From Octopus bimaculoides (Eukaryota), in the NCBI RefSeq assembly GCF_001194135.2, contig NC_069003.1:34310228-34374227 (forward strand): a stretch of 64,000 nt of DNA. The letters are read 5' to 3'. The position numbers and the translations under genes were made by a program. How positions within the stretch are numbered: the stretch's first letter is position 1; every line of letters starts with the position of its first letter. Positions 14,857 to 30,179 of this stretch are shown here, one piece after another. Under the pieces are notes generated by a model. The model had not been told where the DNA came from. It did no database searches and was given only the letters and a program-made list of their open reading frames with translations.

Positions 14857-17800
14857 CAGCTTACTGTTTTATTCTTGTATTTATGTTATGAAAATAATCT
14901 TCAGTGCTGAATATTTCCAGTGGTGGTTTCTCCTTACTGATGGCAGTTGTCACTCTAAAACCGGCACAGGCAACCATTTCTGAGAAGTGGGCCACATCAG
15001 ACACAGCCTTATCAATTAGGTGGGCCATACTAAAAAAAAAAAAAAAAAAAATTGAGGATAATTTTTCGTTAGGCATGCCATTCAGAAAGTTCTGAGGGTT
15101 GCCGGTTGCCCATGTCTGTTCAAAAATCTATTGGGAGAATCCAATTCTCAGATATTAAGATAATTACTATTTTCGTAGTTTTGTTTTCTATTCAATAATT
15201 AATCAATAATAATTGAAGTGGGTTTTTTTTTTTTTTTTTTTTTTTTTTGTAAATTCAGTTTTGAAGAGTCAGATTATTGACGTTTTGGAGAAACATCGCA
15301 ACATGGAATTAGAGGAACGCCGAGAAAAACGGCGGAAAGCAGCTGAAGAGGAAGCTGCCCAGAAAGCTGCTCAGAACAAAACAGAAGAAACGAAATATGA
15401 CAGTGCTAATGCTGAGAAAAAGACTGAAGCCCCAACTTCAAACATGGAGGCAAGTTGTTAGAATTTCTAAACTGTTATTCCTGGTGATGGTGAAGGAGTA
15501 ATTTGTGTTGCTGATGCTTATCCCAAGGCCAACTCTTGTCGGATAGGTCCCTTATGATCTAGTATTCCACCAGTAACCATTTCAGCTTTTATTCTGACTT
15601 AACTATATCCAGCCATATAAAATTAAATGTACAACATATAGAAGATAACTTTTAGTCTTCTCTCATGCCAGTAGCAGTAGTATATGCTGCAAGACATGTC
15701 CAACACCATACTCAAGCATAGCACACTGCCAAAGGTCTCGATCATTTGTCATTGCTCGTGAGGCCCAATACTCGTAATTTCCTTTTTATGTCTCACTGGC
15801 TGTCCAAGATAAAGATGAAATAGTTACGGCTAAAACTTCCTTGATTGTACATCTGCTGGGTTAACACGTATCTCCCCAAATAATATTACGAGTGGGGTGG
15901 AGGCAGGGGAATAACTACTTCTGTTTTTTGATTGATTCTAAAATGAATTTCTCTCTTTTGTGTGTTTCAGGTATCTTCACAGGGAGGAAGTGGTAACGAA
16001 GCAGCTGCTGCCACTCCTGTTTTGACATCAAATTTAGGAACTATTCCTGGGAAAGAAAACACTAGTACTCCTACAGGTTGGTAGGTTTTTCTTTCTCTCC
16101 AATTTCCAAAATACATAACCATGGTGATGCTCAATGTTATTTAACTGTAGTACCACTATTTGGTCTTTCTTGGTATGTTCTTATCACTTATACCTGTTCT
16201 CACCATTTCCCTGCTTAGAATTTTTTTTTTGTTTTTTTTTTTGCATATTTTCATGTAATTCTAGCAGTTAAGTTTTAAATTTTATGGTAGATTGTGTGTT
16301 TTCATCTGTTAAAAACTGGCACTCTGTTGGTGATGATAAACGTTCCAGGTGATCCGATCAATGGAAGTTCATGAAGTTAACATGCAAGCAGCCAAGTACC
16401 CCACAGATAAATATACCATTAATGTAGTTCTTGGGAAGATTCAGCATGACACAAAATGGGACAAGGTTGGCCCTTTGAAATATGAGTATAACTCATTTTT
16501 GCCAGCTGAGTGGACTGGAGCAATGTGAATATGAAATAAAATGTCTTGCTCAAGTACTCAAGGTACTGCCTGGAATCGAATTTGTGACCATATGATTGTG
16601 AGCTGAATACCTTAACCACTTAACCACACACTTTCACATGTTCACCCTTCAGAACTTAAACCAGCCACATTCTCTTTTAGAAGTAATATTAGGATTATGT
16701 TGTCTTCATCTATTTTCATCTTTTGTGTAGATAAATATATATTTTTTTCTCTTTTATTTTAGGTGTCACTACAGAAAGTCAGAGTTCTGCTATGGAGGCT
16801 GAACTCTCAGAGCAGGGAGCTACCTGGGCCCCTCCTGGAAACCAGCCATCTTCAGAGAAGTCTGATTTCTCTACTGTGACAAGCAGTGTTCCTCTTCCAA
16901 CAGGGGGCAGTGCAGCACAGCCAGCAGCTTCAAGCACTTCAGATGGAATTGGACTTTTGTGTACGGCTGGTCAGGTTTTGGCTGAGTCAGTCTCCACACC
17001 CCCTCAGCCAATCCCAATCAACACCCCTAGGGCACCAGTACCTTCATTACAGACACGTCTGTACGTATCACATTAATATTTTGTGAAGTTCTTTGTTTCT
17101 TATGAAAAAAGGGGGGGGGGGCAAACTCATAATGAACAATGTAGCCTAAAATTGCTGTATGTTAATCACTTGATCACATGATCAATCAAACTGTTGGATG
17201 TTATACACCACTGGTCACAATGCACTTTGCATTGTTTTTAGCTTTTGAATTAGGCCAACATTCCCCCTAATTGGAAGGCTGGTCTGTTGCAAGGCAATCC
17301 ATTTACAGCTGAGTGGGTGAGAACCACATGAAATGAAGTGTTTTGCTCAAGAACACAATGTACCATCTGGTCTGGAAATTGAACCTACAATCTGGTGATT
17401 GTGAGTACAGCACCCTAACCACTAGGCCTTATACCATCACATATTATTAATTCACTTCATCAATTATGTATTTGTGGCAGTTTAACCCAGGACATTAAAA
17501 TGTCCAGCACTCAAGGTCAGAGTAGACCTGGGAACACTAGTAGCTAAGGAGTGATTCCATAATCCTCAAAGCCCTGAAATTCCTAAATTAATTACACACT
17601 CACTTACTTTCTCACTCACTCACTCTCGTGCTCTCTCTCTCTCTCTCTCTCTCTCAATCTCTTTGGAAATGTTTCAGACTTTGTTTTCCCTTCCTCAGGA
17701 CCACAAGAAACAAAAATTCCAACATGGAAGACGAGACTCCAATGGAAGTGATGGTAACTTCTGATAGCAGTGCAGCGACTGCACCTCAAGAAGGTGCTGC

Positions 17801-19431
17801 AGCCAGCAGCAGCCAAGATGCAGGAGCTGTCTCTTTTCAACCGGTTTTGAGGCAGAGTTCCGATGCTGAAGAGAAGCCCAGTACTGGCTTTGTTCCAGAG
17901 AGCACATCAATAGACCTCAGTGCTTCGTCTTCAGTTGTTTTTGGTGCAATGCCTGATGTATTAGGGTTGCCAACAACAACCACCACCACAACGACAACTA
18001 CTACTACTACTGCTGCCAATACTCCTGTCAGCTTGCATTCTACAGGCATGGGTAAGTAACACGACTTGGTTTGAGTCTAATGTCAGTGAGATGGCAGATC
18101 TGTTGGTGGGATTGTTTTTACAGCTACCATATTCAACCATGGAAAACAATGGAAGTCAATAAATCAGAATTAGACTAAGCAATCATATGCGTTACTCAGG
18201 AGTAGAATACAGACTTTTAAGACTGTTTTCTCCCTTTCTGTTGATTATTTTTCTGTTCTTCTCAATTAGTTGTATTGAATCCATTTAGTTAGTGTGAGTG
18301 GGGTGGGTATCTATGATAGTGGAAATATCGTGTTTCACTCTTCCTATGTCTGTCTGTTTTACAGTGAGTACTGACCCAACAACGCCAATTCGAACTCAAG
18401 CCAGTGGTATGAGTATTCCACAGTTAACTTCAAGCTTAACAGCAAAGTAAGTACCGTCTAGGATTTCTTCCTTCCATCTTCTAATGAGAATTCTTTGGTT
18501 TTGATTGTGTTGCTAATTGAAAATTTACATGTGGAAGTTTATTAAAATGTCAGTTAGGACAAATGGTTTATAATTTTGTAATTTAAAACTTGTATATTTT
18601 CTTCTTCAGTAACATGACCGATGTATTGGCTGCTACGGCTTTTACTAGTACACCAACCACTGAAAGCAATAGTATAGTGTCTGGCACTGATCGACCGTTA
18701 AGTATGTATGGTCCAGATGTCAGCTTTAACCAACCTCAACCAGCAAACCAAGAACAAGGAGGTGAGGCTTTGGGTTCATTAAGTTGTTTTGAAATTTTAT
18801 TCATGTGTATTGAATTTTACTTCCCTTTTTTTTTTTTTTATCCCTTTCACTGTGAAATTCAATGTCATGGTTATTCTGGTAATGATGTTAGATATCAAAA
18901 AAGAAAACGAATATTTTCTTTAAGTCATGTTGCCTCTGTAAACTTGACACATCTTTTGTTTGTTTCAGTTGCGATACTGGCCATGCTGGATTTAGCTTAA
19001 CAATTGAAGGGTTGNNNNNNNNNNNNNNNNNNNNNNNNNNNNNNNNNNNNNNNNAGACCGCGTTCTTATACTATGTCTCTTTTTGCTGAAAAAACTAAGT
19101 TACAAGGATGTAAACAAACCAAAAGCAGCTGTCAAGTGTTGGAAGGGGACACACAGACACATGCATCCCAAAACGCAGATAGATAGATGTATGGCAGGAT
19201 TCTTTTATTTTCTGTCAACCAACTCCACTAAAGTCTTGGTCAAACCAGGGCTGTAGTAGAAAGCACTTGCCCAAGGTACAAAAACATAGTTCCAAACATG
19301 ACATTCATGGGTAAAAGAAAGATTACACAGAACTGCTTTCCACAATTAAGGGTGATGATGTTTTGAGTGGATAAATCTGGTTCCTGCAGTAAAAGGCTTC
19401 AGTTTTTGTCTTTGTGTGTGTGCGTGCATGT

Positions 19432-19463
<32 letters not shown>

Positions 19464-22400
19464 ATACGTACATGTATGTCTATATACATAATATGCATTA
19501 TCTATTTTAGAGCCATCACTACCTGAAGGTGTTGATCCATCATTTTTGGCGGCCTTACCTGATAACATTCGGCAAGAAGTGATAGCAGAACAGCTTCGAT
19601 TGCAACGCATCCAACAGAGAGCTCAACAACAAGCTCAGAATAGTAGCAGTAGTATGGGTCATTTGGAGGTGAATCCTGAGTTCTTGGCTGCACTGCCACC
19701 TGCTATACAAGAAGAAGTGAGTTCCTCATTTTTATTTCTCAACATGTCTTTGCTCTGTCGATACTTCTTCCAGTGTCGTCGTATTCTGGCAGCTTATAGG
19801 AAATTTGCCATAAATATTTTTTGCTGTAGGAAAATTCACCACCACAAAAAAAACTTTTCTTGAAATAGCAACCTCATCAACTAACCTATCAATTAGAGAA
19901 AGATAATTTCTTTAAAATGACTTATCTAGTTTACAGTCTGCTTGTGTTCCTCCTTGACTGCAAACTTTCCCATGGCAGAAATGTCTATGGCAAATTTTCC
20001 GGTCATGATTATGGCAATATATAGAAAAAAAAATTGTAATTCTCAGAAACATCCGTTTTTATCTTGAGTTTTAACTACAGTTTGATAAAAGTCATAAGCA
20101 ACCAGTGTCCCAAGGGACTTTCTGAATGGTACACCCAAAATGGCACAAGAATTCACTTTGAATTTATTCAATAGTATGGCCTATATGATGATGAGCTGTG
20201 TTTTATACAACCCACTTCTTGAAAAAAAAGGTTACCTGTGCTTGTTTCAATAGATGATTGTAGTGTAGTTGGAGGTCAACAGACATTATCATAAATGTAA
20301 CAAGCAGACTCCAAGCACTAGTCTTGGGTTATTTGATAGTTCTAATACTGAAATATAATGGGTTTTCTCTTTTGTTATCAGAAGCTAGTGGTTTTCAAGC
20401 AAAACATTTTTCAGAACTTGAAGAAAAAAAGAAGTAGGGTGGAATATTTTTAAAATTTTGAGATTTAATTCAGGTTGAGGAAAGATATTTTCACATCTTT
20501 CTCAAATTTGAACTTGGGAAGTATGGAGCTGAGCTCTTAATTTTCTAACTACATTGTTTATTATGTCACTTGTTCTCTCGTTCTCTCTCTCTCTCTCTCT
20601 CTGTCACCTACTTTGTGAACATGACTAACTGTGGATGCTAATTATCAAATGTTGCAGGTACTGTCTCAGCAGCGTGCTGAACAAGCCAGGTTGACTGCCC
20701 AACAGAACCCTACCAACCCAGAAACTCCAGTCGATCCAGCAAATTTCTTTGCATCGTTGCCCAGTTCTCTTCGTCAACAAGTGCTAGCAGATATGGATGA
20801 TAGTATGGTTGCAGTGTTACCACCTGATCTGGCTGCTGAAGCCCAAGCGCTGCGGAGAGAATTGGAAGAACGGCACCGTCGCTTAATGCAAGAACGTTTC
20901 TTTGCTCAAGCTAGTGCAGGTTCGCTGTCAGCTATACTCCGGCAAACTGGTCAGTTAATTCATCATTACAAAGAAGCCAATTATGTTCTTACTCTCCTCT
21001 CGAGTACCATTCTTATTACTCAACAATATATTTTAGATTCAACAGTCCTTTTCATTGTCTTGTTGGACCAGTTTCAGCTGTTCTAATAGTCTTTCAGTTA
21101 TTTTTTTTGTATTCATTTCCTTGCAATTGTCTCAGAATTTTCTGACATAGTCTCTCCCTATGGAGCGGGGAAAACATCAAATTGACTCTGAACATTGGGG
21201 TCAATTTGACCCTAAATTTATTTTTTTGCTTCACAATAGAAGAGACTTTAAGCAGTTTTGTTTTTATTTTCTCTAAGTCTGCCTGTTGCAGTAATTCATG
21301 TCACCTAAGCTATCATTATTCTAAAATGTTCTTATTTCTCTGCAGGTCTTGCTGGAAGATTGGGTACACGCTATGCAATTCGAGCTGCCCCGCGCAGTGG
21401 TAACCAATGGTGTTGGAGTGGAAACCGTCCTGGACAGAGCAATTTAAATGCCAATTCTGTTAAACTGCGAGGACGACTGCTGCTTGATCACGAAGCTCTG
21501 ACCTGTTTGCTTGTACTGCTGTTTCTTGATGAACCTAAAATTAACACAAACCGTCTTCATCGTGTCTTTCGGAACCTCTGCTACCACGCACCAACTCGAG
21601 CCTGGGTGGTGCGGGCCCTCCTCTCAATCCTCCAGCGAACCAGCAACTGCACAAGATTTGATGGTGTTGTGGGTGAAAAAGGTAAAACAGACAAATCGAT
21701 GAGGAAACGGTCTCATTCCATGCAAACTGACAGCATAGCTGCCTTAAAAGTAGATACCAAGAACCAAGCGTCATGGCTGTCTATTAGCCTTGAAGCAGCC
21801 CTCGGCTGCAGGACTAATGTCTTCCAGATACAACGATCTGGCAAGAAACATCCAAACTTGGCTAACTCTACTGTGACTATACATCATCAAGCCGCTCCTG
21901 TGGTGTGTAGACATGTCTTGGACTCTCTAATATCATTAGCAAAGAGCTTTCCTAGTCAGTTCCTCCCACTCAGGAAAGCGAAAGAAGTTTCAAAATGTGA
22001 TACAGACAAGGATAAAGATGGCAAAGACAAGGATGGTAAAGACAAAGATGATGTTGATAAACAAAAAGATAAAATTGATGGGACTCCAAGCAGTCCACGT
22101 ATTAAGGAGCGATCTGACAGACAGGAACCGAGTGGAAGCAGTCGACCTGATTCAGACTTTTGGGACCTTCTAGTGCGCCTGGACGGTCTGACTAACCGAA
22201 AGGGCAAGGGTCTACAGCGATTACACAGCACATCGGGTGTAGACACAGAAACCTACAATGTAACAGATTTTGAATCTTCACCTCTCGGACAGTTAATGGC
22301 AATGCTATCACATCCTGTCATTCACTCGAGTCAAATGTTAACGGACAGATTGTTACGTTTGTTAGGACTTGTTTCAATTGGATTACCAGAATTAATGGCT

Positions 22401-23906
22401 CAAAAACCACAAGAAGTCTCTACAACTATGAATCCGGTCAGTGCAGCGGTAACTACGCAAGCTGCCCCTACCTCAATGTCGTTATCCATAGCTGGTGCCC
22501 CTGCTGTAGCTGGTAATGTCACCTCTCCTGCTGTTACTAACCAGGCAGATCTATCTACATTGACATCTACACTACCTGAAGCCGTCAGTAAGATGCCTTC
22601 AGCAGAAGAAACAACAGAGAAGACAGGTAAAAATAAAAATAAAAAAAACACCCTTTCCATTTTGCTCTTTTCTGTGCTTTTGAAATGTCTTTGTGAAAAA
22701 TTAGCTGATAAAGAAGGAAATGCCTTGTTCCACTATGTACTTATTAACTTAATTAATTGCTAGGTTTTGTATTGAGGAGTTGTTCAGTTTAGATTAAGTA
22801 TTTAGCTGTTTAATTCCGAGCTTTTGTATTTCAATATGATTTCATTGTTGTTGGTTTTGCAGTTGTCTTAAGTAACTCTGGTCTTAACATGTTAACCACC
22901 ATATCCTGTTAGTCGAACTTAACCTGTGGCACCATGTATTTCATTTTTGAATATCAACTTTGATGAAACTTTGATGGAAGGCTTTAAAACAGGAAGTTTG
23001 TATCCTAGAACGAAGAGGTGGTCTCCAGTGAAGTTTGATATCAAATAGATTAAACCCTCTCTCTCTCTCTTAATACACCACTTTACTGGCTGACCTCATC
23101 TTATAATACTCCTCTTTATCGCTCTCACCTTTTATTTTCTTTTTTTTTTTTTTTTTTTGCTACTCTATCATTATCTTTCTCTCTCTCACCTTTCTCTCTC
23201 TCTCTCACCTTTCTCTCTCTCTCTCACCTTTCTCTCTCTCACCTTTCATCAACAATCTATGAACCAGAAACCTTTGATTACACCTACATGCATGATTCAC
23301 AATAACTGCTTTGGCTTCATGTCCTCCTCCTCCTCCTCTACTTATCTTTTATTAACCTTAATGACGTTGTTGTTTCTTTCGTTGGCAGAGATTGAAGAGC
23401 TGCAAGATTCATGGAAGAACCTCCTCATTTTAGAAAATCAACTTCAGTTAGCAGTTAAGGTAACATTCTTATTAATTGCATTGCTGTTCAGCTCCTTCAT
23501 GATTGAATCAGTGGAGGTCAAGCCGTGAGTGTGTTGTATTCTATTGATGTGAATGAGTGTGTGATGGTGGTGGGGGTAGTTGCAGTTTTCCTCAAAAGCT
23601 ATAGCAATAGACACCATCAAAAGGAAAGTAAAAAAAAAATATATTTTGAGGACTTGATTAGAGAAAATCTGGTTTATAGAGATTGTTAATTGAAAGGGGA
23701 AACAAATGAAAAAAAGAGGAGAGAACTAAGGATTTTGTTGATAGATAATGTCAGGAATTGGGCAACATCATCTTTGTTTAATGTCTGTGAGAAATTGTTA
23801 CAGGTGTGAGGGGGATTAGTTGTACCTTTTTTGTCTATTGATATGTAAATTAATTACCCTTCTCTCTCTTTCTCTCTCTCTTTCTCTCTCTCTCTATCTC
23901 TCTCTT

Positions 23907-23966
<60 letters not shown>

Positions 23967-24285
23967 GCAGCTGTTTATGTTCATGTAGTTTAAAAGAATT
24001 CCTTTATTTTCAAATAGGTGTTGACTTCCAAGTCTTGTTCTGAAGAAGGTCTGGAAGATGCCACCAATCTGTTGCTGCAGTTGTCTAGAGCCAATTCTGC
24101 TACCCACAATGCTGTGCTCAAATTACTATTGGATGGCGCTCGAGAACTTGGTCACACGATCTGTGACCATATCCGGTAAGTGTGTTTCTCTTTGTGTGTG
24201 TGTGTGTGTACTAGATTATTGCTGGATCAGTGTGATTTGTGACACGCTAGCAATAACTCAAATTATTGAAACAATGGCATGTATG

Positions 24286-24316
<31 letters not shown>

Positions 24317-27300
24317 GTATAGGCACAGCCATGCAACCACATGGTCCTAGGTTCAATACCATTTTGGCCAAATTGTCTTCTACTTATTCCTGATAGTTGT
24401 AAATGAGTGTCACTGTCATACAAGCAGTGTTGTTCATTTCCAATATTCCACGCAAGAACTTGCCTGGCCTTGGGGAAATATTTCTTTGCTTGGAAACAGG
24501 TGAGGGTTGGTGACAGGAATGGTATCTGACTGTAGAAAAATCTGCCTCAAAGAAACTCCATCCAAACCAATGTAAAACCGTGGAAACGACAACATTGATG
24601 ATATATGTATTACTTCCTTCATTGAACTACCATACTGGAGCACTCTTTGTGTGTGTGTGTGTGTGTATGTGTGTGTTCATGCACATATGTATATGTTATA
24701 TGTAGAATAACACAAACAAATTTGAACTCAGAACATTGCGACAGGCGAAATGCTGTTATGCATTTTGTCCAGTGTGCTAACGATTCTGCCAGCTCGCTGC
24801 ATTTGTAATAACAATAATAATAATGATGATACCCTAAAAGACAGCAGCAGTGTACACACCCTGATGACTTTGATAAACTGTGAGGCAGAAGTGTAGAGGG
24901 CACATTGCTGCTTTCTGTGACTCATTGATATTCTGCTCCTGTTTTATGCATTTTGTTAAATTCCTGTGTTATTTACTGAAGTAAATTTTGTATTTGTTTA
25001 CAGTAAGCTGCTGGTAGAAATCAAAGAATTGAACGGGAAGCTAAAAGATATCCAAGGAGATGAGTCCAAGGACACAGGTCCACTGGTGAAAGGTTATTTG
25101 ACGGACAGGTGAGTAAATTAATCTCTTACACTACTTAACCTTCCTCTGTTGATTTCATCAGAATAGAAGTGTTGTTGGTGAAAAGAGCGTTTAGAAGGAA
25201 CATGTGGTTTGTGCCAGTCACCTCCATGGCCAACTAACTGGTATAGAGAAGGGTTGCTTCCCAATGACAGTCATTGTGGTATTATCATCGCACAATGTAG
25301 GTGCAGGCATAGCTATGTGGTTGAGCAGCTTGCTTTCCAATCATATGGTCTTCGGTTCAGTTCTACTCCATGGCACCTTGGGCAAATGTCTGCTGTAGCC
25401 TCAAGCTGGTCAAAGTCTTGTGAATGGATTTGGTGGACAGAAACTGAAAGAAACCCATCATGTATATATATATATATATATATATTGGGTGATCCCATAA
25501 ATAAACCAATTTTTTAAAAAATTTTATTTTTCAAAATTTAGATAAGCAAAGTTTTTTTTAATCAAAAATATACTTTCCTTCATTTTCTACAATGCTCTTC
25601 CATCTATCTGTTAGACTTGCAAGGCCCCTCTAGCAAAATTCACTTGTCAGTGGCGAAAAATACTTCTCCACTGTTCTGGATTCAGATGATGTTTATTTTT
25701 GTCTCTTGTGTTTGTAGGTTCACCCGAGCAGTTAATGTTGTTGTGTCTGCCCCCACTAAAATGAAGGGAGGTCACGACCTACAGTTGCCGTCAATGTCTA
25801 TGTTGACCAGTAAGAACTCCAGCCAGCAGTTCTTCCTTCGTATCCTTAAGGTTATCATTCATCTCAGAGATGCTGCACGCCAGTCACTTGCCAAGAAAGC
25901 AAGAGCCACAGGTACGTACAACTATTTTGCCTTCTTTCTCGCGTTTATACTGCTTTCAGAGATAGGTTTCCCTCTCTCTTTTCTTTTTGTCCAGCTGTGT
26001 TTATGGCACTCCATCGGTTACAACAGCAAGGGTTCCAATTGATCTGATCAATGGGAGACCCTGTTTGTGAAATTCATGTGCAAGTAGTTGAGCACTCCAC
26101 AATAGGATGGAGTGAAAATAAAAAGAAAGTTATAGAAATTGAAAATGCCTGAGGCCTAAAATCTTGCTATATATTGTTACTAGAAAAAATGCAAAATTGT
26201 TGCTTAGATCAGTCAAGGGCATTCCCCCCCCCCCAATTATTTTTGTCAGTTCATCTCTTTTAGCTTTGCCTCTCTCTCAAGGACCTGCTCCCCCCCCCAT
26301 CTCTTTTCTGTCTGTCTCTCTCGTAACCATGCTTATAACTGTTGATGTTTTGTAGGTGAAAGAACTCTAACGGACGATGTGTTGGCACCAACCATGGAAA
26401 CATTGATAGACACCTCTGGCAGTGGTAGCGCAATGTTTTCCTCCCAAGATGGAGCAGCTGCTACTCAAGCGCCTGCCCCTGCAGCCAGCGGTGCCACTGC
26501 TACAGATGTTAACACCACCAGTACTAGCAGCAGTCAGGAAATGACCAGTTCCACTTTATCTGAGAACCAGCCATCACAATCTATTACACAGCAACAAAGT
26601 TTCATAGAATCCGTCACTTTGATGACAGATTCTCAGATGGATGTCGATCAAGCAGGTAGGTGACAAAGGCATGTGCCAAATTGAAGTCTTGTTACTTCGG
26701 TTGATGCCACAATGAAGGTTCTTGAAATCGATGACCTCACATAATCCTTTACAAGCATTCTACACTAAATCCACGAGCGTATAAAAAAAGAATTATCATC
26801 ATTGTAATTATTTAACACCCTCCATACATGCTAATATGGATTGGACTGTTTGGTATGAACTGACAAGCCAGAGAACTGCACTGATCTCTAATGTCTGCTT
26901 TGGCATGGTTTCTACAGCTGGATGCCCTTCCTAATGCCAACCAATTTTACAGAGGGCACTAGGTGCTTTCTTTCTGGCACTAGTACTGATGAAGTCCCCA
27001 ACTACTCACAGGACAAGACCTCCTCAACTTAATGGGGGAGGGGTTATAGCATTGAGAAATAAATTAGGATAGAGGGACATGGGCAGTTGTCTTACTGAAG
27101 GGGTGAATGCATGGCTTTGTCATCTGGGTTGAAGTCTCACTTTCGTGAACTTCCCCTTTCATCCGTCAGATGAAACCCTTAAGTGTTTAAACCTTTTCAT
27201 ATTTGGTTTAAATATTCTCCCCATTTCATGTTAAATTCGGCCAGATGTGGCCTCTTACATCACCTACCTTACATGTAAAAATCATCCAGTCATCAAAAAT

Positions 27301-30144
27301 CTTGATGCTATGAGATAATGCATGATTAATTAAAACAATTTGAATAAACAAACATTACATTTGAAAGTAATCTGAATGCTAAAGGGTTAAATCACTTGTC
27401 CACTACCTGCCCTTATTACTTTTGTGTCCTACATAATTTCACTTGAGACCCTGTATATTTTTGTTGACTTTTTCAGAGAATTTAGTTGATGACCGAAAAG
27501 GACGATCAAAGAAGGAAGGAGAACTTCCTCGCCTTAGTGATCAATTACAGTTAGATGAAATGTGGCAGACCCTTGGAGACTGCCTCACAGAATTAGCCAA
27601 GACACCTGACCACCATGCCGTACTTATTCTCCAACCAGCTGTTGAAGCCTTCTTTCTTGTGCATGCAGGTAAGTTTTCTTCTGAACGATTTCATTAATTA
27701 TTCCTAGTGGGCTACCATATATATATATATATATATAATTGGAAAATTACTATTTATAATAGTGCATGACCTGTTTTATGCCTGGAGGGATGAATTAAGG
27801 ATAAAAGAAAGAAAAATATTGAAAGAAAAGAAACATTCGATAGATCAATATATACATATTAGTTTTTAAATGTTTTTTTTCTATATACAACATTATAGAC
27901 AAACCATAGACAGGAAATTTTTGAAACAGTCAGTGCCTGTCTGTACAGTATTTTTAGTGAATTTTACATATTTGTAATTGGGATGCTTGTAAAAATCCTT
28001 TCACCACTATATATATATATCATCATCATCATTTAATGTCAGCTTTCCATGCTGGCATGGGTTGTACGGTTTGACTGAGGTCTAGGAAGCCAGGAGGCTG
28101 CACCAGGCTCCAATCTGATTTGGCATAGTTTCTAAAGCTTGATGCCCTTCCTAACAACGCCAACCACTTTGAGAATGTAGTGGGTGCTTTTTATGTGCCA
28201 CCAGCACGGGGGCCAGTCAGCTGGCACTGGCATTTGACCATACTCGAATGGTGCTTTTTACGTCCTACCGGCATGGGAGCAAGTCAGGTGGCACTGGCAA
28301 CAACACATATTTCATTGTCGTCTCATTTTCCAGATTCTTTATCTTATTTTCTGTCATGATGTTTGCAAAATGTGTCAATCCATGTTTTATATTGTTTTCA
28401 GGTGAGAAAGACACCAAGAAAAACGAGCAACCAAGTCAGAAACGTGAAGATCAGTTATCTCACTTGAGTATGGAAGTTGCACCAGCTTCGCCATCTCCAG
28501 CATCTGTTATGGAGAACTCCACGTTACTTACCCGGGAAAATTCTGTGGCGTCTGTATCCTCTTTGGGACATGCCTCAAGTGATACACAGAAATTTTTAAA
28601 GTTTGCTGGTAAGTTTTTTGGGGTTTTTTTTTCAACTGATTTTGTAACAGTTGTATTTCTTTCTTGTTATAATAAAATATTATACAATATTTAGCCTAAG
28701 AACAAATGTTGAGAATACCAGTAATATACTGGTTCCCTTCAACTTCATTGCTACTTCTTGTGTGGCCTGCTTCTTGAAAAACATTAGCCACGCTTGTTTT
28801 AAACAATTCTTATTCCCAGTCCATAGAAAGTGGCATCTATTCCAAGTATTCAAATTGTAAACCTTATTGTCAACAAGTGAAATCATTTTGTGTGTTTGAC
28901 AGAACAAACAGAAAAAACACAACACACACAATTATATACTTTTCTTTGTCTTTCATTTTTAGTTTGTGTGCCCTTCAATCAGTTTTGTTAATTAAAAATA
29001 AAATATATAAAATTATTTATGTATATTTTCCCAAACTAGCATCATTGAATTCAAAGTAATTTTTCATTGGCATGCCATAAAGTAAGCCGAGCATCTACAG
29101 TTTGCCCATGGCTGGTTAAAACAGTCAACTAAGAACATCTATAGATTGCTAAAAAAATTATTTCATTGTCAACTTGTATCACAGGATATCTAAGATTGTG
29201 AATTCAACTTTTCAGTGTTTCTTTAAATTCTTGTACTTCTCTTTCTTTCAGAAACTCACCGAACAGTATTGAACCAAATACTGCGACAGTCTACAACGCC
29301 CCTCGCTGACGGTCCATTTTCAGTTTTGGTTGATCACACTAGAGTCTTGGATTTTGATGTGAAAAGAAGATATTTCCGACAGGAACTAGAACGATTAGAC
29401 GAAGGTTTGCGTAGAGAAGATTTGGCCGTCCATGTAAAAAGGGAACATGTTTTTGAAGATTCCTTCCGGGACCTGTTTCGTCGATCTCCTGAAGAATGGA
29501 AGCACCGATTCTACATTGTGTTTGAAGGTAGCTTTTAATGTTCTCTACCTAAAACTGAGTTAATCAAAAGTAATTAAAAGATCATGACAAATCTTCAAAT
29601 GAAAAATGTTATTGTACATTAATTTGCTGCTGTTTTTGTTGTGGTTTCAGGTGAGGAAGGTCAGGATGCTGGTGGCTTGTTAAGAGAATGGTATGTTGTA
29701 ATATCAAGAGAAATTTTCAACCCGATGTATGCGTTGTTCCGTACATCTCCTGGAGACCGAGTCACTTACACCATCAATCCCTCATCCCATTGCAACTCTA
29801 ACCATCTCAGCTATTTCAAGTTTGTTGGCCGGATCATTGCCAAGGCCATCTACGACAACAAGTTGCTAGAGTGCTTTTTCACACGGTCCTTCTATAAACA
29901 TATCATTGGGCAGGCTGTCAAGTGAGTAATCCAAAAACAATCTTCATCTGATGTTGTTCGTTATTAATTACTTTTTACCGAGTTAACAGCTACGTTTATC
30001 TCATATATTCCACTTGTAAGTAAATAAATACAATCAAATGTATACCAAACAAACTTAAGATTAATACATTATCAAACGTGTGGATATTTCCATACATGCA
30101 ATAAAGGCAGCCACTGCACCTATAGCATTAGCTTGTGTGTGCAC

Positions 30145-30179
<35 letters not shown>

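Noticed and set aside
26984-27020. CTGATGA-AGTCC...GGAC-AAGA, a possible hammerhead half
   Set aside because: It lacks GAAA and stem III/I, and lies within an ordinary family B SINE.
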